Positions 12,501 through 27,500 of a DNA stretch of 64,000 nucleotides are shown piece after piece. Position numbers and translations under genes: made by a program. Numbering within the stretch: the first letter of the stretch is position 1; every line of letters begins with the position of its first letter. This DNA is from Candidatus Omnitrophota bacterium (GTDB lineage: Bacteria > Omnitrophota > Gorgyraeia > Zapsychrales > Zapsychraceae): the NCBI GenBank assembly GCA_029261065.1, contig JAJDCB010000011.1, forward strand, positions 47,168-111,167. The letters run 5' to 3'. The notes below the pieces were generated by a model. It searched no databases. It saw nothing but the letters and a program-made list of their open reading frames with translations, and had not been told where the DNA came from.

Positions 12501-15500
12501 TTATAAACGTGTCGCCATGTTCCGACCTGACCCTAGTTCTTTGATAGCTAGCACTCAAGAAAAGTCAGAAAATTTATCTCAAGAAATTATGATAATAAAA
12601 AGTGACAGGCACCAATTAAGCTCGTCAATGAGCGGGGATCGGCCTGCCGCGGATTATTTCCAAGCCTTCATCGTCGAACACACACAAGCCGCTACAGACA
12701 GGATTGAGTTTGCGCGTCAGCAGTTCTTAAAAATACAACAGATGACAAATCAGCAATTATTTGATGGCGCTATAAAAATTATTCGTCGAGGGATGGTGAA
12801 ATATGATCAAGACTTGGAAGATGTTATAAGAGCTTATTCTGAAAGAACAAAGGGGATAGGTTTAAATTTGGCTCGAGAAGCTTTGGTTAATGATGCGGCG
12901 GCGTTTATGGATGCTGTAATGAGTTATCAAATTTTGATAAGTGATCAACAACAAGAGGCCACTCTTGATCGTATCTTTGTGCGCGCCCAATCAGATGGGT
13001 TCTTAGATCTTCACATAGATAACCGTTTGACTTTGTACATGGACCATAATTTAAGGGAAGAAATTCTTAGTAATTTCTCTAAAGGGGTAGAGGAAGCAAA
13101 AATAAGGTTAACTCTTAATAAGCTTTTTAATATTTATATTGTTCGATTACTCCAATTGGTTTCTCTAAGAATTTGGGATGATCCGATTAATAATTTAATG
13201 GCATTACAAACATTAGTTGATGATTTAAATCATTTTACCAGTCAGGGGCAGAAACGACAGGATACGTTATTCGTCACACAGGCCACAACGCTTTTAGCTT
13301 TAGCTGTTTCAGCTACTGTTAATGCTAATGATGAAGAGCAATATTATCGTAAATTTGCGGATTTTATTAATAAGACATATCTTCTTAATGAGAATCAGCA
13401 GTTAGAACTTATGCTTGCCCTTGTTAAATTTAACGCTCAACACTTAGCGAGCTTGATTCGCTTTAAATCACGTGTAGCCGATATGTTTAGAAAAGAAAAT
13501 CGAATGGATTTCTATCTTGCTGTGCACGGAGTGATTGTTTTATTACAACACTATAAAAATTTAAAACAACAACATCAAACCGTAACCGTTGAAAAGATCA
13601 CAGAAGCCGTTCAAATGATATTTGAGACGGACAAGGAACCCTTTTTAGGATTAAGAGAGCCGGAAACATTAAGTGCTTTATTCACGCAGATTTTGGTGAA
13701 AAATAACCATATTGTCACAGACTACTACTTTTATTTAATTCACGACAATGCGAATGCATTGTTAAAGGACATGCAAGATTTTAATGTAGAAGGTAAAAAA
13801 TATGCACCGCTGTACAACGAAGTCTTGTCTCCCGACATTTTATTTGAGGCCATGATTCGCAACAAATTTCTAAAAAAGGATGAAAGCCTAAGAACCCATA
13901 ATTTCATTTTTGAGTCACTATTAGAATCCACACAAGATCCATTAAAAGCACAAGCTTTTCACAATATATTCAGCATTGAGACATGGGGGCTGGGTGTTTT
14001 TGGTAGAGAGCTTATTGATTTAGATAGGACATATGAGGTGTTAAGGACGTTTGGTTCAATTTCCAGCTCGCCTATAAATTATAACCCACCAGAGGCCATT
14101 ATAGTATCCCATAACCAAGGATTCCGTTTTGACAAAAGTTACGCGCGTATTATTATTGATGGATATCGTAAACTATCTAAGAAATCGGGTGTACTTTTAA
14201 AGAAGTCTTTGCGGAGTAGTGAAACAATGGATGTGTACGAAGGTATTTATCCTGTTGATTATTGGTCATTTAGATTTGATGACGTCTCGATAATTAGCAA
14301 TTACAGGCCGTTTCGTGCTTATCGTATTGAGCAAGAAGAGCGTGTGAGTACGACTTTTATGGCTTCACAAGAAGTTGTTTTAGCTACATTTGGTTGTTCG
14401 TCCTGTGCTCCTGTTTCATATTTTGGTGTTATACCAGAGGCCGGTGAACAAATAATCATGCAAGGACATATTATGGCTGGAATAACTGACCGCATTGGAG
14501 TTAATCAATTTCTTAGGATTAAAGAGGATGTTGATTTTTTAAGGGGGTTAGGTGTTCGTCATATTGAGGTGATTGCTTCGATTGATTATAGAGCTGCTTA
14601 TTGGCGAGAGAATCTTCAACAGTCTATTTGGACTCCAGATTTTTTTACCTTTCCTTCTGATCCAGAAGAAATTATTGGGGAACTAGGAGACGATGTAAAA
14701 GTAACAATCTTGACAACACCAAATAGGAGATTCATTAGAAGAGATATGTATGCAACAAAGTATGGTGTGGCTATTGTTCCTGCAATTGACCCGGAGGCTT
14801 TTCATGTGTTTGATTGGCAGGGGTCGTTGGAAGGGCAATCTTCTCCGACAAAGGCGTCTAGCCCAATGAGGATTAATCCTTTTGATACGCAAACGGAAAT
14901 TAATTTGTTTGAGTTAGCTCCAGATACACAATTTGAAATCGAGATATCTGATCTTAGATTAAGTAGCAATGGTGTCAATCTTGGATACCAATTGGGTCGA
15001 TTTATTCAACTGTTGAAACTTTCAAGAGAATTACAAGTGAGAGCCGAGAAGGGTGGGTTGAATGAAATGGTTGCTTCTTTAACTAAAGAAGAAAATTCTG
15101 AGAGTTTGATAAGTAGTTTCTTTAGTTCCGATGAAATTAAACATTCTCATCAAAAAGAAAGTGAATCCAACGAATATGTATTTGTAATGGAGATTTATAA
15201 TTTATTGCTTCAGTTCCTTTCAGCCAAGTTTAAAAAAGATCATCTTATGTGGTTACCTAGTGCTGCAGAGCAGGTACGTCTGAGATGGGAAACAGAGGTC
15301 GTAAGAAACAATTTTATTTCGGAGTATATTTCCAAACAAACAATTATAAAAATGATATCTATGGGTATTGAAGGGATGGAGCGGGTTTTCAATCCGGAAT
15401 CGGAAATTAAAAATTTGATTGGGTTGTTAACAGGATCCGGATTCAATATTAAAAGGACCAATGGTTATGGATGGGCGAAAGATCGTAGGCTATATCTCCC

Positions 15501-18500
15501 TCATTTAGAAGGAGAGCCTTATTATTATTTACAAGAATCTTTACTTGTAGCACAGATGCAAGAATATGCATTGGAGGGTGGATCAGTGGTTACAGGAGTC
15601 GCGCAAACACCATTTATTATCTTCTCGAATTCCATTCGTGAAGGTAAGATTTCTATGATCAAAAATTATTTAATCAAACATGTTCCTTCGTATAAAGATC
15701 TTAAGGTTTATACTTTTCCAAGTGGATGGATCACTTTATCGTATGAGAAAGAAAAGTTTTTGATTGCCAACACGCATATTGATACGGTCATTGGATTTAT
15801 TTCTAAAGAAGTAACGGAGCAAGACAGAAACATTCTACTCATTGACCCACTTTATCAAGCCGAAGTTTCCAATCACAGTGAGTATCAGCGATTCTTATCA
15901 GAACAAAAAGTAATCACACACACCATTGCCCTAACAGAAATACAATATAATCCTGCGAATTTTGGTGTTACACCACAAAGACAACTGGTTTTTAATTATA
16001 GCCCCGAAACCATACAAGGATTACAGTTAAAGAAAAATATGCACATGATGATTAAGGATCCAGAAGAAGCCATTGTTCATGTAGCCTCCCATCAGGGCTG
16101 CCTGGGTTGTTTAATGAATCTTGTTCCAAAAAGTAAGGAAAGGGAGGTTCGTATTATACCAACTATAATGATGATGGATCAAGGAAGTAGTCCAATGAAT
16201 AAAGTAGAACGATTCCATGCACTCTTCGAGCTTTTTAACGAGCAGTTAATGAATCTCGGTATTGATGGGGCACGAGGAAGTTTTCAAGATATGTTAAAAA
16301 TTATTGTGGAGCTGGATTCAGATGATGGTAATGGTGAGGTCTTTTTACAAAGGATTAAAGATAGTCTGGAAAATCATAAATCAATTACCATAGACAACTT
16401 AATATTTATGGATTATCACGAAACCATTCAGGCCATGCAAAGTACTTTACGTGAACTGGGCCATGTTATATCAACTTTTGCTAGTATCGGAGGAGATGTT
16501 GAGGAGTACATCCGTGATTATATGGATTTCAAAGAAGAAGTATTAATGATGGCTGACAATGAAAAGCCTATGGGTCAAACAACGCAACGTATTGCACAAG
16601 CTAATGAAACTTCGATTCAAGCATTAAACCACATGATGCAATACCAAAAAGAATTGATACGGCATTATCCTGCTAAATTAACAGGAGTCTTAATCTACGA
16701 TGAAACAGGCAAGCTTGGACTTATGACAGATCTTAACAAAACACGAGATCATCTCCTACATAATCCTGATGTCGTTGTTACATTCAGGTATACAAAACCC
16801 ATGTTTGATGGTGAAGGTGTTGCTGGTGCAAATCAGGATAAACTGAAACAGTCGATCATCGATGAGGTTCTTGAAGCGACATTTAATACGGGTGCGATCT
16901 ATGTCCATCGGTTAACACCTGAGCAATTTAATGATCCAAAAAATATCGGTCTTCGTATTGTGCTAAAAGAGGTAGAACATTTTGTTGAATCCCAACTGCG
17001 CTTAGAAACAGTGGTTCATTCACTATCCGATGCCTTTTCTAAATATGAAGAAAAGTTTATTGTTAATCAACCTATTCGAAGAGTAATAGGTCTAATCGAA
17101 CGATCAGAAATAGAGTTAAATAATGGAAACATTCAAAGAGCCAAAACAACCCTTAGCGATGCCATTACCATATTAAATTTAATAATAAATTATAGTGGTC
17201 TCGTTTCATCAACCGATATAGCTTATCAAACTCTTGTCATGACCGAGAGTGTAGATCCAATTAAACGGGCAAAAGAACTTCTGGAAATTATCGAAAATCG
17301 TTTACAAAATATAGAACTAAACCCTGAAGTGTATCTCGACCTGGCTGAACGCAGAAAACAACTTGCTCGTGAATCAGGTAGGTATGAAAAGTTCGACAGA
17401 TTATTACAGCTTGTAGGACCGATAAAGGTCAATGAGATGTTTTCAAAACATTTAGGTGAACTCAGCATAGCAAATAATGTAAGTGACCACTACCCATGGT
17501 ATTTCGATGTCAGATTATCCATTTTCCCAACGTTAGATATACCAGGTGTGCCAATTTCACTAATAGATGTAGATACCAATCAAATCATCGCAGAAGAAGT
17601 AATTCATTCTAGTTTAACCTACCTAGGATTTTCACTATCATTAGAAGAAGAGAGCACATCACTACAAATGGAAAAAGCAACATTTAAAGACATCATTCCT
17701 CATTCATATCGCCTTGAAGTTAGAAGTTCGTCCTCAATGCATGACAATCAAAATCAATTCGTGCCTGTCACTGATTATTACAATGATGGATCTGTCAATA
17801 GGTTGTTTGAAATATGGACCAAAGGAGCAAAGAGCATCAACGAGCTTATTTTTGAGGCGAGAAAATTAAATTTTACGGCAATTTTATATCAAGAGGGTAT
17901 TCTTAAATCAATAAAAGGAAATAAATACCATGATATAGATCCTCCTTATGCAAGGTATTTTGATAGCCACTTATTAATTAATCTGTTTGAAAATATTCGT
18001 CAGCATACCAATGACTACGCTCTTTATCTATGGCGTGAAAGTGATGAAGGGTTTGAAATTATTTTATTTGATTATGGGCCTGGTATCTTAAATCCTCTTG
18101 GAGAGCCCGTTTCAGACTTAGGAAAAATATTTGATGATTACTCATACAGTAAAGGTGGAATAGGATTCAAAGGCAAAAATGCGGGAGGAGGAGGTGGTTG
18201 GGGAACTCATTCATTTGCTGTTTTTTCTTATTTAACAAGACTAATTTCAGTAAACGCCGGATATGTTCGTGTCGCTGAAAAAGAGGACCCGGGCTTCAAG
18301 AAACTTAATCATGATATTGCTGTCAAGCAGGTGAATATACCTACGGAATCCCTTAATATTCGGCCTTCTCATTCTGGCGTGATTCTTCATGCATTTAATC
18401 CATTTAAAAAGTCCTATCTCGGAACATTTGCGGATGTATCTAACAATTCTATATTAGGAACAATTCAGACGACGAATGCCGTAACAGAACAAAGAGGGCC

Positions 18501-21500
18501 TTGGCAATTGCCAGTTGCTGCGGGATGGAACACTTTATCTATAGGCGATCAAGTTGAGCTGATCTATTTTGTTTCCAGTGAAGGGGAGAAACTCGTTATG
18601 ACCAGCGGGCGTGTCATTGATGCTTTCCAAGATGACTCCTTAATAGAAATGGACAAAGGAAGGACACTGAATAGTCACGATGTAAGGCGAGTGATAACTA
18701 CACGCGGAGAAGAGAAGACAGAGAATTGGCAACAAGTAAGAGGCGCGTTTTTTAGATTGGGTGTAAGCGACGGCTTGACGGTTCAAATCGAATATAGAGT
18801 GGACCGTATTATTAGTGAGCGAAAATCGGTAAGCGGGATTATCCAAGAGATTCCAACCAAAGAAAATACAGGGAACTTCGTTATTAAAATTCCTAAGAAA
18901 GTAAAATCATTTACCTTAAGCCTATCTGAATTAAAAGAGTTTAACCTAATTCAAAAGGCAAAAGCAAAAAGGGTCAGTTCCCCATTTAGCAAAACACTAT
19001 TAATAGATGGCACTGATCCTCAAGAAATATTATTTAATCAATGGTTTGGAGAGAATTCCGTGCTTAAAGGAACTTTCCTCCAGCAAATCGTAACAGAGGT
19101 TTTGATTGAAGAAAATAATCCGTATGCTTTAGATGTAAAAATTATTACGAAGGAAGGAGAGATTAAAATTTTTGTTAGACGTCCTTGGCCTGCTTTTTTA
19201 AGACCGGTATCGATAACATGGCTTTCGGTTGAATTTAATTCAGGTGACAATATACGTAAGCGCCATTCTAGAGATGTGTTAATGTTGATGCTTGACTGGC
19301 TTAAAATTAGAGGATTTAAGAAAGTTATACTCGATTTAAATGAGGGAAAAGCAGTGGGTTTCTTTAGGGCAACACTACCTAGTTGGGCGAAAGACGAAGG
19401 TGATATTACTTATCGTATTGGCGGTGTTGTTATGCATAAAGCTTTTATTTATTTGGAAAATATGGAATTTAGGCGGCAAGAACAACCAAGGGGCAATTCT
19501 CAAGGCTCCGACACCATCTCTACTTCATCACCCCTTTATCAGGAGGATGTTCTAATTCTTGAGAAAGGAACAGATCTTCATGCACAGATGATGAGCTCGC
19601 CTAATCCTTTGCAGTGGATTTATCAAGAATTTGTTGCCCCAAGCATCATTAAGCCGGTTCTTTTAAGGGTAACCGCGCTTGGTTTAGATCAGGCTTTATT
19701 TGTTGAAAAGGAGTTCGATTCTAACAAGGCTCTATTGATTAGTCAGTTAAAAACTATGATTCAAACAGGGCCTGTCTCGTTATTGACTGTAGGAAATGTA
19801 GGCGCAATAAGTTATTCTGATGAACTCATTGGTGTGGATCTGACTTATCAAGACAATGAATATCATTTAGAATTTGAGATTATCAAAGGAAGTCGATTGA
19901 CAGAGCTTGGGGTCAAGTCTCGACTTACCGACACCTTTTACTCAAGCAGCTCAATTCGTTCATCTGTAGTCAATTCGAGACTTGACCACGAAATTTCTGG
20001 GGCATTCTTGCCGTTAACTTTATTTCAGAATATTGACGAATCAATCGCTGAGGATAATCATCTGGCATTGCTTAAAAGAACGGTATCTGTAGATGGAAAT
20101 GATCATGAAGTTGTTGTTGATATCCAGGGCCGTTATTTGAGAGTGGATTCTTTGATCATTTTGACGAGACAACTTGTAGTGTCGGAAGATTCAAAAATTT
20201 ATCAGAGTAACGATGCCGTATTGTATACCAATGGCCCGGTTGAGTTTTTATCATTTGTCGTTCCAATCATTGTATCTATGTTCGACCATAGGGATCTGAT
20301 TAAAGACAAGACGGTATTTGAGTATGGTTCAGGTCAAGGTTTGCTTTTACTGGTGGCTCTAGGCCTTGGGGCAAAGCGGGTTGTTGGTATAGATTCTCGA
20401 CGTCATGACCATGAAAAAGCAAAGGAATTATTAGATAATTCGTTTTATGAAGGGCGTATATTTGAAAATTTAACAACCTTTTTTGATCATACACAACTCT
20501 TTGATGGGAAATATATTCTTATTAATGACAATATTAATGAATGGTTTAAATATGATCAGGACAGTCGCAATCAAATTCTCGGCTCAGATGAGCTAGTCTA
20601 TATTGTTAACATGGGACATTCTTATGACATTCATGAACAAATTTTATCAAATCAATTTGGGGAACACAATTTGAGACAAAAATTATCGATCCTTGGTGGA
20701 TTTTCAAATGATGATTATTACAGAGGCTTCGATAGGTTCGGCCATAAGAACACAGCAAATCAATTACGGAGAGGGAGAAGTCAATGGCATGTGGAAGAAG
20801 TAAATTACAATTTTGGAATTAGCTATACAGCCTTAGTTGTCCGGCCGAAAGGATCCTTGCCGGCTTTTGATTCTGGGGATGATGTGAGTGGGATAATAAG
20901 GGGCAGATTTTTTACTAAAGCTCGTTTGAAAGTAAAGCCAGCAAATGTCAGATTAGATCCCGGCACAAATAGTTCACCCTTAGCGTTAAGATTTATTGAT
21001 GAATATAAACGTTTAATACAGGACATAGGTGTGACAAGGGACGAGGCAAGATTTTACGGCACAGGTGAAGTGAGGGCATATGAGGTGGGTCAATGGTATG
21101 AACATTACGCGGCCGTGATGGAAAACGAAAATCAATTTGTTAGCGTGCAGGAGAAAACCAGAGACTTCCTATTTTATATTGCCGCTATAGAGCAAACGGA
21201 TTATGAGCACATGAGTAATATGACGATAGAAGGGAATAATAAAAAGTTAAAATTTTACAATCGGCTAGAACGCACCAGAAAATTATTTAATATTTCAGCT
21301 CACTTAAATATTTTGAATGATCAAGAATTGGCAGTTCTAACTGAAACGATTCGTGGCTATTGGTTGAAAAAAGGTTATGAGAAGAGGTTTGCCTTTAATA
21401 TTCTTGCAGGGCTTGTATACGATTACTATATCTATTCAGCAGAACGTTTTGAACGATTTGCGAAAAATGTGATCATTATCCTGGATGGCGGTGATCAAAA

Positions 21501-24500
21501 ACAAAAGATTGTTGGAACGCTGGCCTTTGGTTTTCTCTTATTTACGCATCTTATTACATACGGGGCGCATTATCCCAACCATCGCAGACCTCTGGACTGG
21601 GATATTTACAAAATTACTGTGCGCTATTACTTGTCTCAATTAATGGCTATCCGATTAAACCAGGGTAGTAACACTGTCATAGATAAAAAATTCATAATAT
21701 TACTTAATTGGTTTGCTCAGATTTTTACAGAATTTAGAATCTTTGATATGCGCATTGTTCAGAATGAAGTCGATCAATATAAACAACAATCGAATGATTT
21801 ATGGCCCAATGGCCGGGTGGATTCTATGCCATATTATTGGGGGGTGACGGGGACGCTTGGTCTTTTGACAAAAATTCGTCGATTAGATGGAAATGGATAT
21901 GTCCCTCAAAAAGTTATTGAACAGTTTATTGCCCAAATATATTCCATCAACTGGAATCAACAAGAATATCCTCATCCCAGCATGGTCTTTATGGACCATG
22001 GCAGTGCTTATCATCAAGTAGAAGATTTTAATATTCCATTTATTATAGCCAAAACGTTTATTGATTCGAATGCAGAGAGAAAGGAAGTAAATGTCAGGCA
22101 GCCCTTATTCTTTTCAAATGATTACTTTGATCCAAATTTTACGAAAAAGATTATATTGGCCGAGCCTGAGCATCCCGTTCAAGGGACAGCAGAAGAAAGA
22201 TTATTGTCCTTGGATCGCATGATGTTGAAACTCAAATTCGCCAGAAACTTTCCATGGGTTATGGTTGAGTACAATGCCAAATATAGGACTGAAGGTACAT
22301 CTTCACCGCTCGGAGGAAAAGAGAGTCGCGGTCCAATAAATAGAGCCGAGATGAGGCGTAGGATTCAACACAGGATTGAACGAGGAGAATCGGCTTGGCT
22401 TGTTAGTTTTCATGAGAATTTAGGGTGGATACTTTATACCACGGGCTTGATGAGAATTCTTGATTTTATTCTTAACCCGGTTTCTAAATATTATAAAAGA
22501 AAAGTGGAGAGTCAGACAGATTTCTTAAGTGTGATTAAGATGTTCGATCGGGCTTGGATTAAAGGAACATTATCACTGTTGACAGGTTCTGCTGGCGTGA
22601 TTTTTATTTGGTTAGGTTTTGATTCGTTTATTAAGGGTTTTGAATATTATTATATGTTTAGCCTTTCCCTTTTGGCGCTGATTTTAACGATATATTTAAA
22701 AACTTCCGCTCAGATGATTATTCATCATAGCGAACCCATTATTGAGAATAGAACGTTGCATGAGAGAAAGAGTGATGCAGAAGAACTGCAGCGTTTGAAT
22801 GACAACATATTGCTGGCTGAAAATAGAAAGGGCTATGAATGGTTCCAGACTTTAATTTATTTAACCATAGGCTTACCTGTTTTGGCGGGATTTTTGATTG
22901 CGGGGTATCTTATAGAAATAGTTTTGGTTAAAACCATATTTTATGGGCTTGGTCTTATTAGTTTTACTCTTTTATTTGGAATCTTAACCGTTGCTAACGA
23001 AAAAACAACACATAATATTACAAAACTGAAGAAAGAGAGAGATGCGTTATTGAATCATAAACGCATAAGAAAAGAATCAGAGGGTAATAAAGACTTGGAA
23101 ATTCAAGAGCTTAGCGAACCATCATTATCTTTTTCAGACAAAGATGAACATGGTAAACATAATGTTGGTGCTAGTTTTATTTCTTTTGCGGTTGCTGTTC
23201 ATGGGGTTGGATTCTTATGGAGTTACTTTGGCCTTGCGTCTTATTTCATATGGGCCGCACCAATAGGAATTTTTGGTGCTTTAATTATTTCTAGATCTAT
23301 GGGGCAAAGATCAATCAAACAAATTTTTAGAGGAGATATGATATATAACCAAAATTTATATCCGTATCTTCGTCATCCCATGTATTTAGGCTACTTCATT
23401 ATGTTTGCAAGCTTTTTAGGACTAGAGAATGTGTTTGTTAACAGCATATCTTGGGGATTAATACTTATATTCATTATAAAGATATTTACAGATGATAACG
23501 CATTAGAGGAAAAATTTGAAGAACTAAGAAAAAGTGCCATCAAGTCGGAACAAGAAGAAGCAGAAGTATATTTTGACTATAAAGGGAAGACGCCATCCAT
23601 TATTATTCAGCCCAAAAATATTAAGCCTTTTCTAAAGGATGTGTTTTTTGGTAATGATAAAGAATCGAATAAAGGAAAGGACAAGAATGGCTCATCACCA
23701 GCAAAACGATCACCTTTAGATGATTCAAATATTATTCAACTGTTTACATCAGGTGTTGATGGGTTAGATTTCAAAAATGCATCAATAGGGTTGCCAGAAC
23801 AAGGTCAGAGATTTGAATTGTGGCGGTATGATTCACTTTCAGATGAATTAAGGCCACAGGCTTTTGACGATATTGATCAAATGTATTCGCAGGTATTTGA
23901 AAGAGTCCTTAGTGTGGAAGAGAAAGAATTTGTTTTTTATGAACTTCGTTCTAATGAAAATACGGTGTTGTACTCTAGTGGGCATTTAACTTGCCAATCT
24001 TGCACCTTCAGAGCTATGCGGGATAACAATATTGTTATTGGGCATCATCATCTTTATTATCATCCGCAGTATTCTTTTGGTGCGGCACGAGCGTATCTAA
24101 AATATTTACTGGTGCTTAAGTTTTTAACAGAGAAGAAAAATAGATTTCGTAATATTCAGTTGATCCTTAATACAGATGACTCGTTGGATAAATTGCGTTT
24201 AGAGGAAGAAGCAGGGAAGTTAGGTATTGAAGTCATTTCACATATTTCACGAGACAGAAAAAAGTGGTTGGAAAGTGGTCAAAAACTTGTTGTTGATACA
24301 ATTGTTACTGCAGAACAGGTAGCATTTATGGAAAGGGTACTTGAGTCTAAAAATCATTCTGAATTCTATCAGGTTCCTTGGGAAAATATAACTCAAGGAG
24401 AATCATCAATAAGAGCAAGTGGTTCATCAAGCCCTCTCAAACTCGCCCTGCAGGCAACGCCTGGATTGACACCGGGGGATGTTCCTTTAGCCCAAACAGT

Positions 24501-27500
24501 TTTAATTGGTCACTCCGATACGTTTGAATATCTGAATGTTACGGATCAGCTTGTAAATGAGCAAACATTAGAGTTTCTTCAAGCTGGCCGTGACGTGATT
24601 ATGACAGTCCCTGACTTTCATGTAGAGCTACAAAGAATGATTAAAGAAGCGCAATTTGAGATTATGAAAGTCGCCGTTCTTACAACAATCGATCAAGTTC
24701 GCGAGATGAAGCGCGCCTTGAGGTCATCGTCTCCTTTCTTAAGCAAATCTCAAAAACGCAATGTGTTTGTCACGATTGTTTTATCAATTGCAGGTGTTCT
24801 GGCATTTACATACCCGGCTTACGGAGGCGGTGTATTTATATCATTGTTTGCTAGCAAGATATATTTCGATTTCAGTGTTGATCAAGCAAATAAGTTTCAA
24901 AAGGCGGTCATGAACGCGGCATATGAACACGATATCACGAATGATCTGGTTATAAACATAATCTGGAAGAAGCATAATACGAAAAATTGGGATGTGAAGG
25001 AAGGTGCTTTAAATATTAAAGGGAATATGTTTGCAACGACGATAGGCAGCAGTCTTTTCATATCGGTTGTTTATTATAATTTTGCTTTACTTCTTTTAGC
25101 AGGCGATTTTCGTCTTGACGATTTAGATTCATTGATAGGTGGTGTCGGCGTTGGATTGATAGCTTACGCCTTTCCTTATTTGAGTACCTACGCTCAAGTA
25201 ACACAAAAAATTGCCAAAGCAGATAGACTATTTAAAAAGGTTAAGAATGGTGAAAATACAGATGATGAAATTGAGGAATCAGATAGCGACTATATTAATC
25301 CAGTTTCTTCACCGTTTATTGAAAATTTTAAAGAATCAAGGATGAGTAATTCAGAAGATAGCAGACGCTTTAACAAAGCACTTGGTATGTTTAGGGTTAC
25401 AGAAGAAATCCGAATAAAAAGTGACAGGCACCAATTAAGCTCGCCGATGAGTGGGGATCGAGATAAAGGGGTGCCTGTCACGGATTATTTAAGCTCGCTC
25501 ATCCTGGTTATAGGATTAGTTCTTTCTATGTTGGCCGGTCAGGATATGATGCGGGGTGCCATGTTTAGTCTGACACCGTTATCGGAAATTTTTGCGACGA
25601 TGTTTTCTATTTGGATGATCTTTTCAGTACCAACTAAGGTGTTTACAGGAGCTGTGTATATTTATCTTCTTAATCAGGCCCTCATTAAGCCACTACGAGC
25701 GCCACCGCGCATTTCAGAAAAATCTGAAAAAGATAACAATTTAAGTCCTAAGACCAAACGACCAAGCTCCCCCATCCAGGCTATAGGATTAGTTCCTTAT
25801 ATATTGGCTGGTCAGGATATGATGGGGAATGTTTATACGATAAGAAAATATAATGCGTCGAGTGCAGTAGAAAGTTTCAAACATTCAATAAATAATATTG
25901 TTACCTTTCCGCACAATTCTTCTCGTATTTCTTTGGCAAATCAAGATATTGCAATGGGTAGGATGGATTCTGCTTTTGGAAAGCAAAGCATTAGGGTTCA
26001 TCCCTATTTATCCAAGTTTTTAGGAAGGGATAGGTCGAGTATAGGAGCTGACGGGAACTTCAACAAATTTTTTAAATTGATTCTTTTTTACAGAACTTTC
26101 CATCCGTTTAGCAACTTTAGCCGTAAAATATTGTTCGCCGCATTGTTGGCAGACGCCAGCAGGAACTCCACGAAAAATATAAAGTTTGCCGTTGGATCTA
26201 AGATCAACCGTTACCTTAGCTTCTTTAACAGCGCCTCCGCAAAAAGAACAATCACTATATTTATGTTTATTAGGCATTTATTTTCTCCTTTGTTCAGGAT
26301 TTATCCATTTAGGACGTTTGGGAATATAAACCGTTATAATTCGCAGCCATTTATTCGAAAGAATGCTACATACGATGTGAATAGATTTGCCTCTCGATTT
26401 TCCAAAGACAAGACAACTTTTCCCACGTTTATCTTCAGGGTAGCGCTCAATAATTTTACCTTTAATAATGGCAGTTTCGATGGCCTTCAGACTAATGTTT
26501 TCATTAAGTCTTTCTTTTTGCGCATGAAGACTGATTTCATATCGTTCATGAATAATGCAGGTTCTGAGGTTTTCAATGTTCATAAAATATTTTATTTTAT
26601 CTCAAGTTTAAATATATTCCCTTACCGAATTGCTCTTAAGATAACAGTTCCAAAGATTATTGTCAACCAGGGGGTCTTAACTTTGATAGGTAATCAAGCA
26701 AGCTCCGCCATCTTGGCTATAGGATTAGTTTCTTATATGTTGGCCGGTCAGGATATGATGCGGGATGCCATGTTTGGTTTGACGTCTTTACCGGACATCT
26801 TTGCGGCGATGTTTTCTATTTGGATACTCTTTTCATTACCAACTAAGGTGGTAACAGGAGCTGTGTATGTTTATCTTCTTAATCAGGCCTTCATTAAGCC
26901 ATTACGAGGGCCACCTAAAAAAGTTTCCAAAGGGCCTTCATCGCCTTTGGCAAATTTACCAAGATCATTCATCCTGGCTATAGGATTAGTTCTTTATATG
27001 TTGATCGGTCAGGATATAATGCGGGGTGCCATGTTTGGTCTGACGCCTTTATCGGAAATTTTTGCGACGATGTTTTCTATTTGGATGATTTTTTCAGTAC
27101 CAACTAAGGTGTTTACAGGAGCTGTGTATATTTATCTTCTTAATCTAGCCCTCATTAAGCCACTACGAGCGCCACCACGCATTTCAGAAAAATCTAAAAA
27201 AGATAATGATTCGAGTCCTAAGACCAATCGACCAAGCTCCCCCATCGAAAATAAAATTTATAAAAAGCTACCTGAACTATCTAAATATAAACCCGATAGG
27301 GAGGCTGGGGTATTCTGGGTGTGGGAAGCTAATATTCCATTAACAGATAGTCAAATAAGTTATTTTAACAGAGAGCTCAGTAAGGAAAAAAGATTTAAGC
27401 GTTCAGACTTTAAAGGTAATTATCGTATATATATAAATCCAAGACCATCAGGTATTATTCAAACCATTAAAATCATTCGAGACGTCATTAGTACTTTTGG

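Noticed and set aside
19200-19460. Possible additional GNAT-like segment (…LMLMLDWLKIRGFKKVILDLNEGKAVGFF…)
   Set aside because: The match to acetyltransferase motifs is too weak to support without a profile search.
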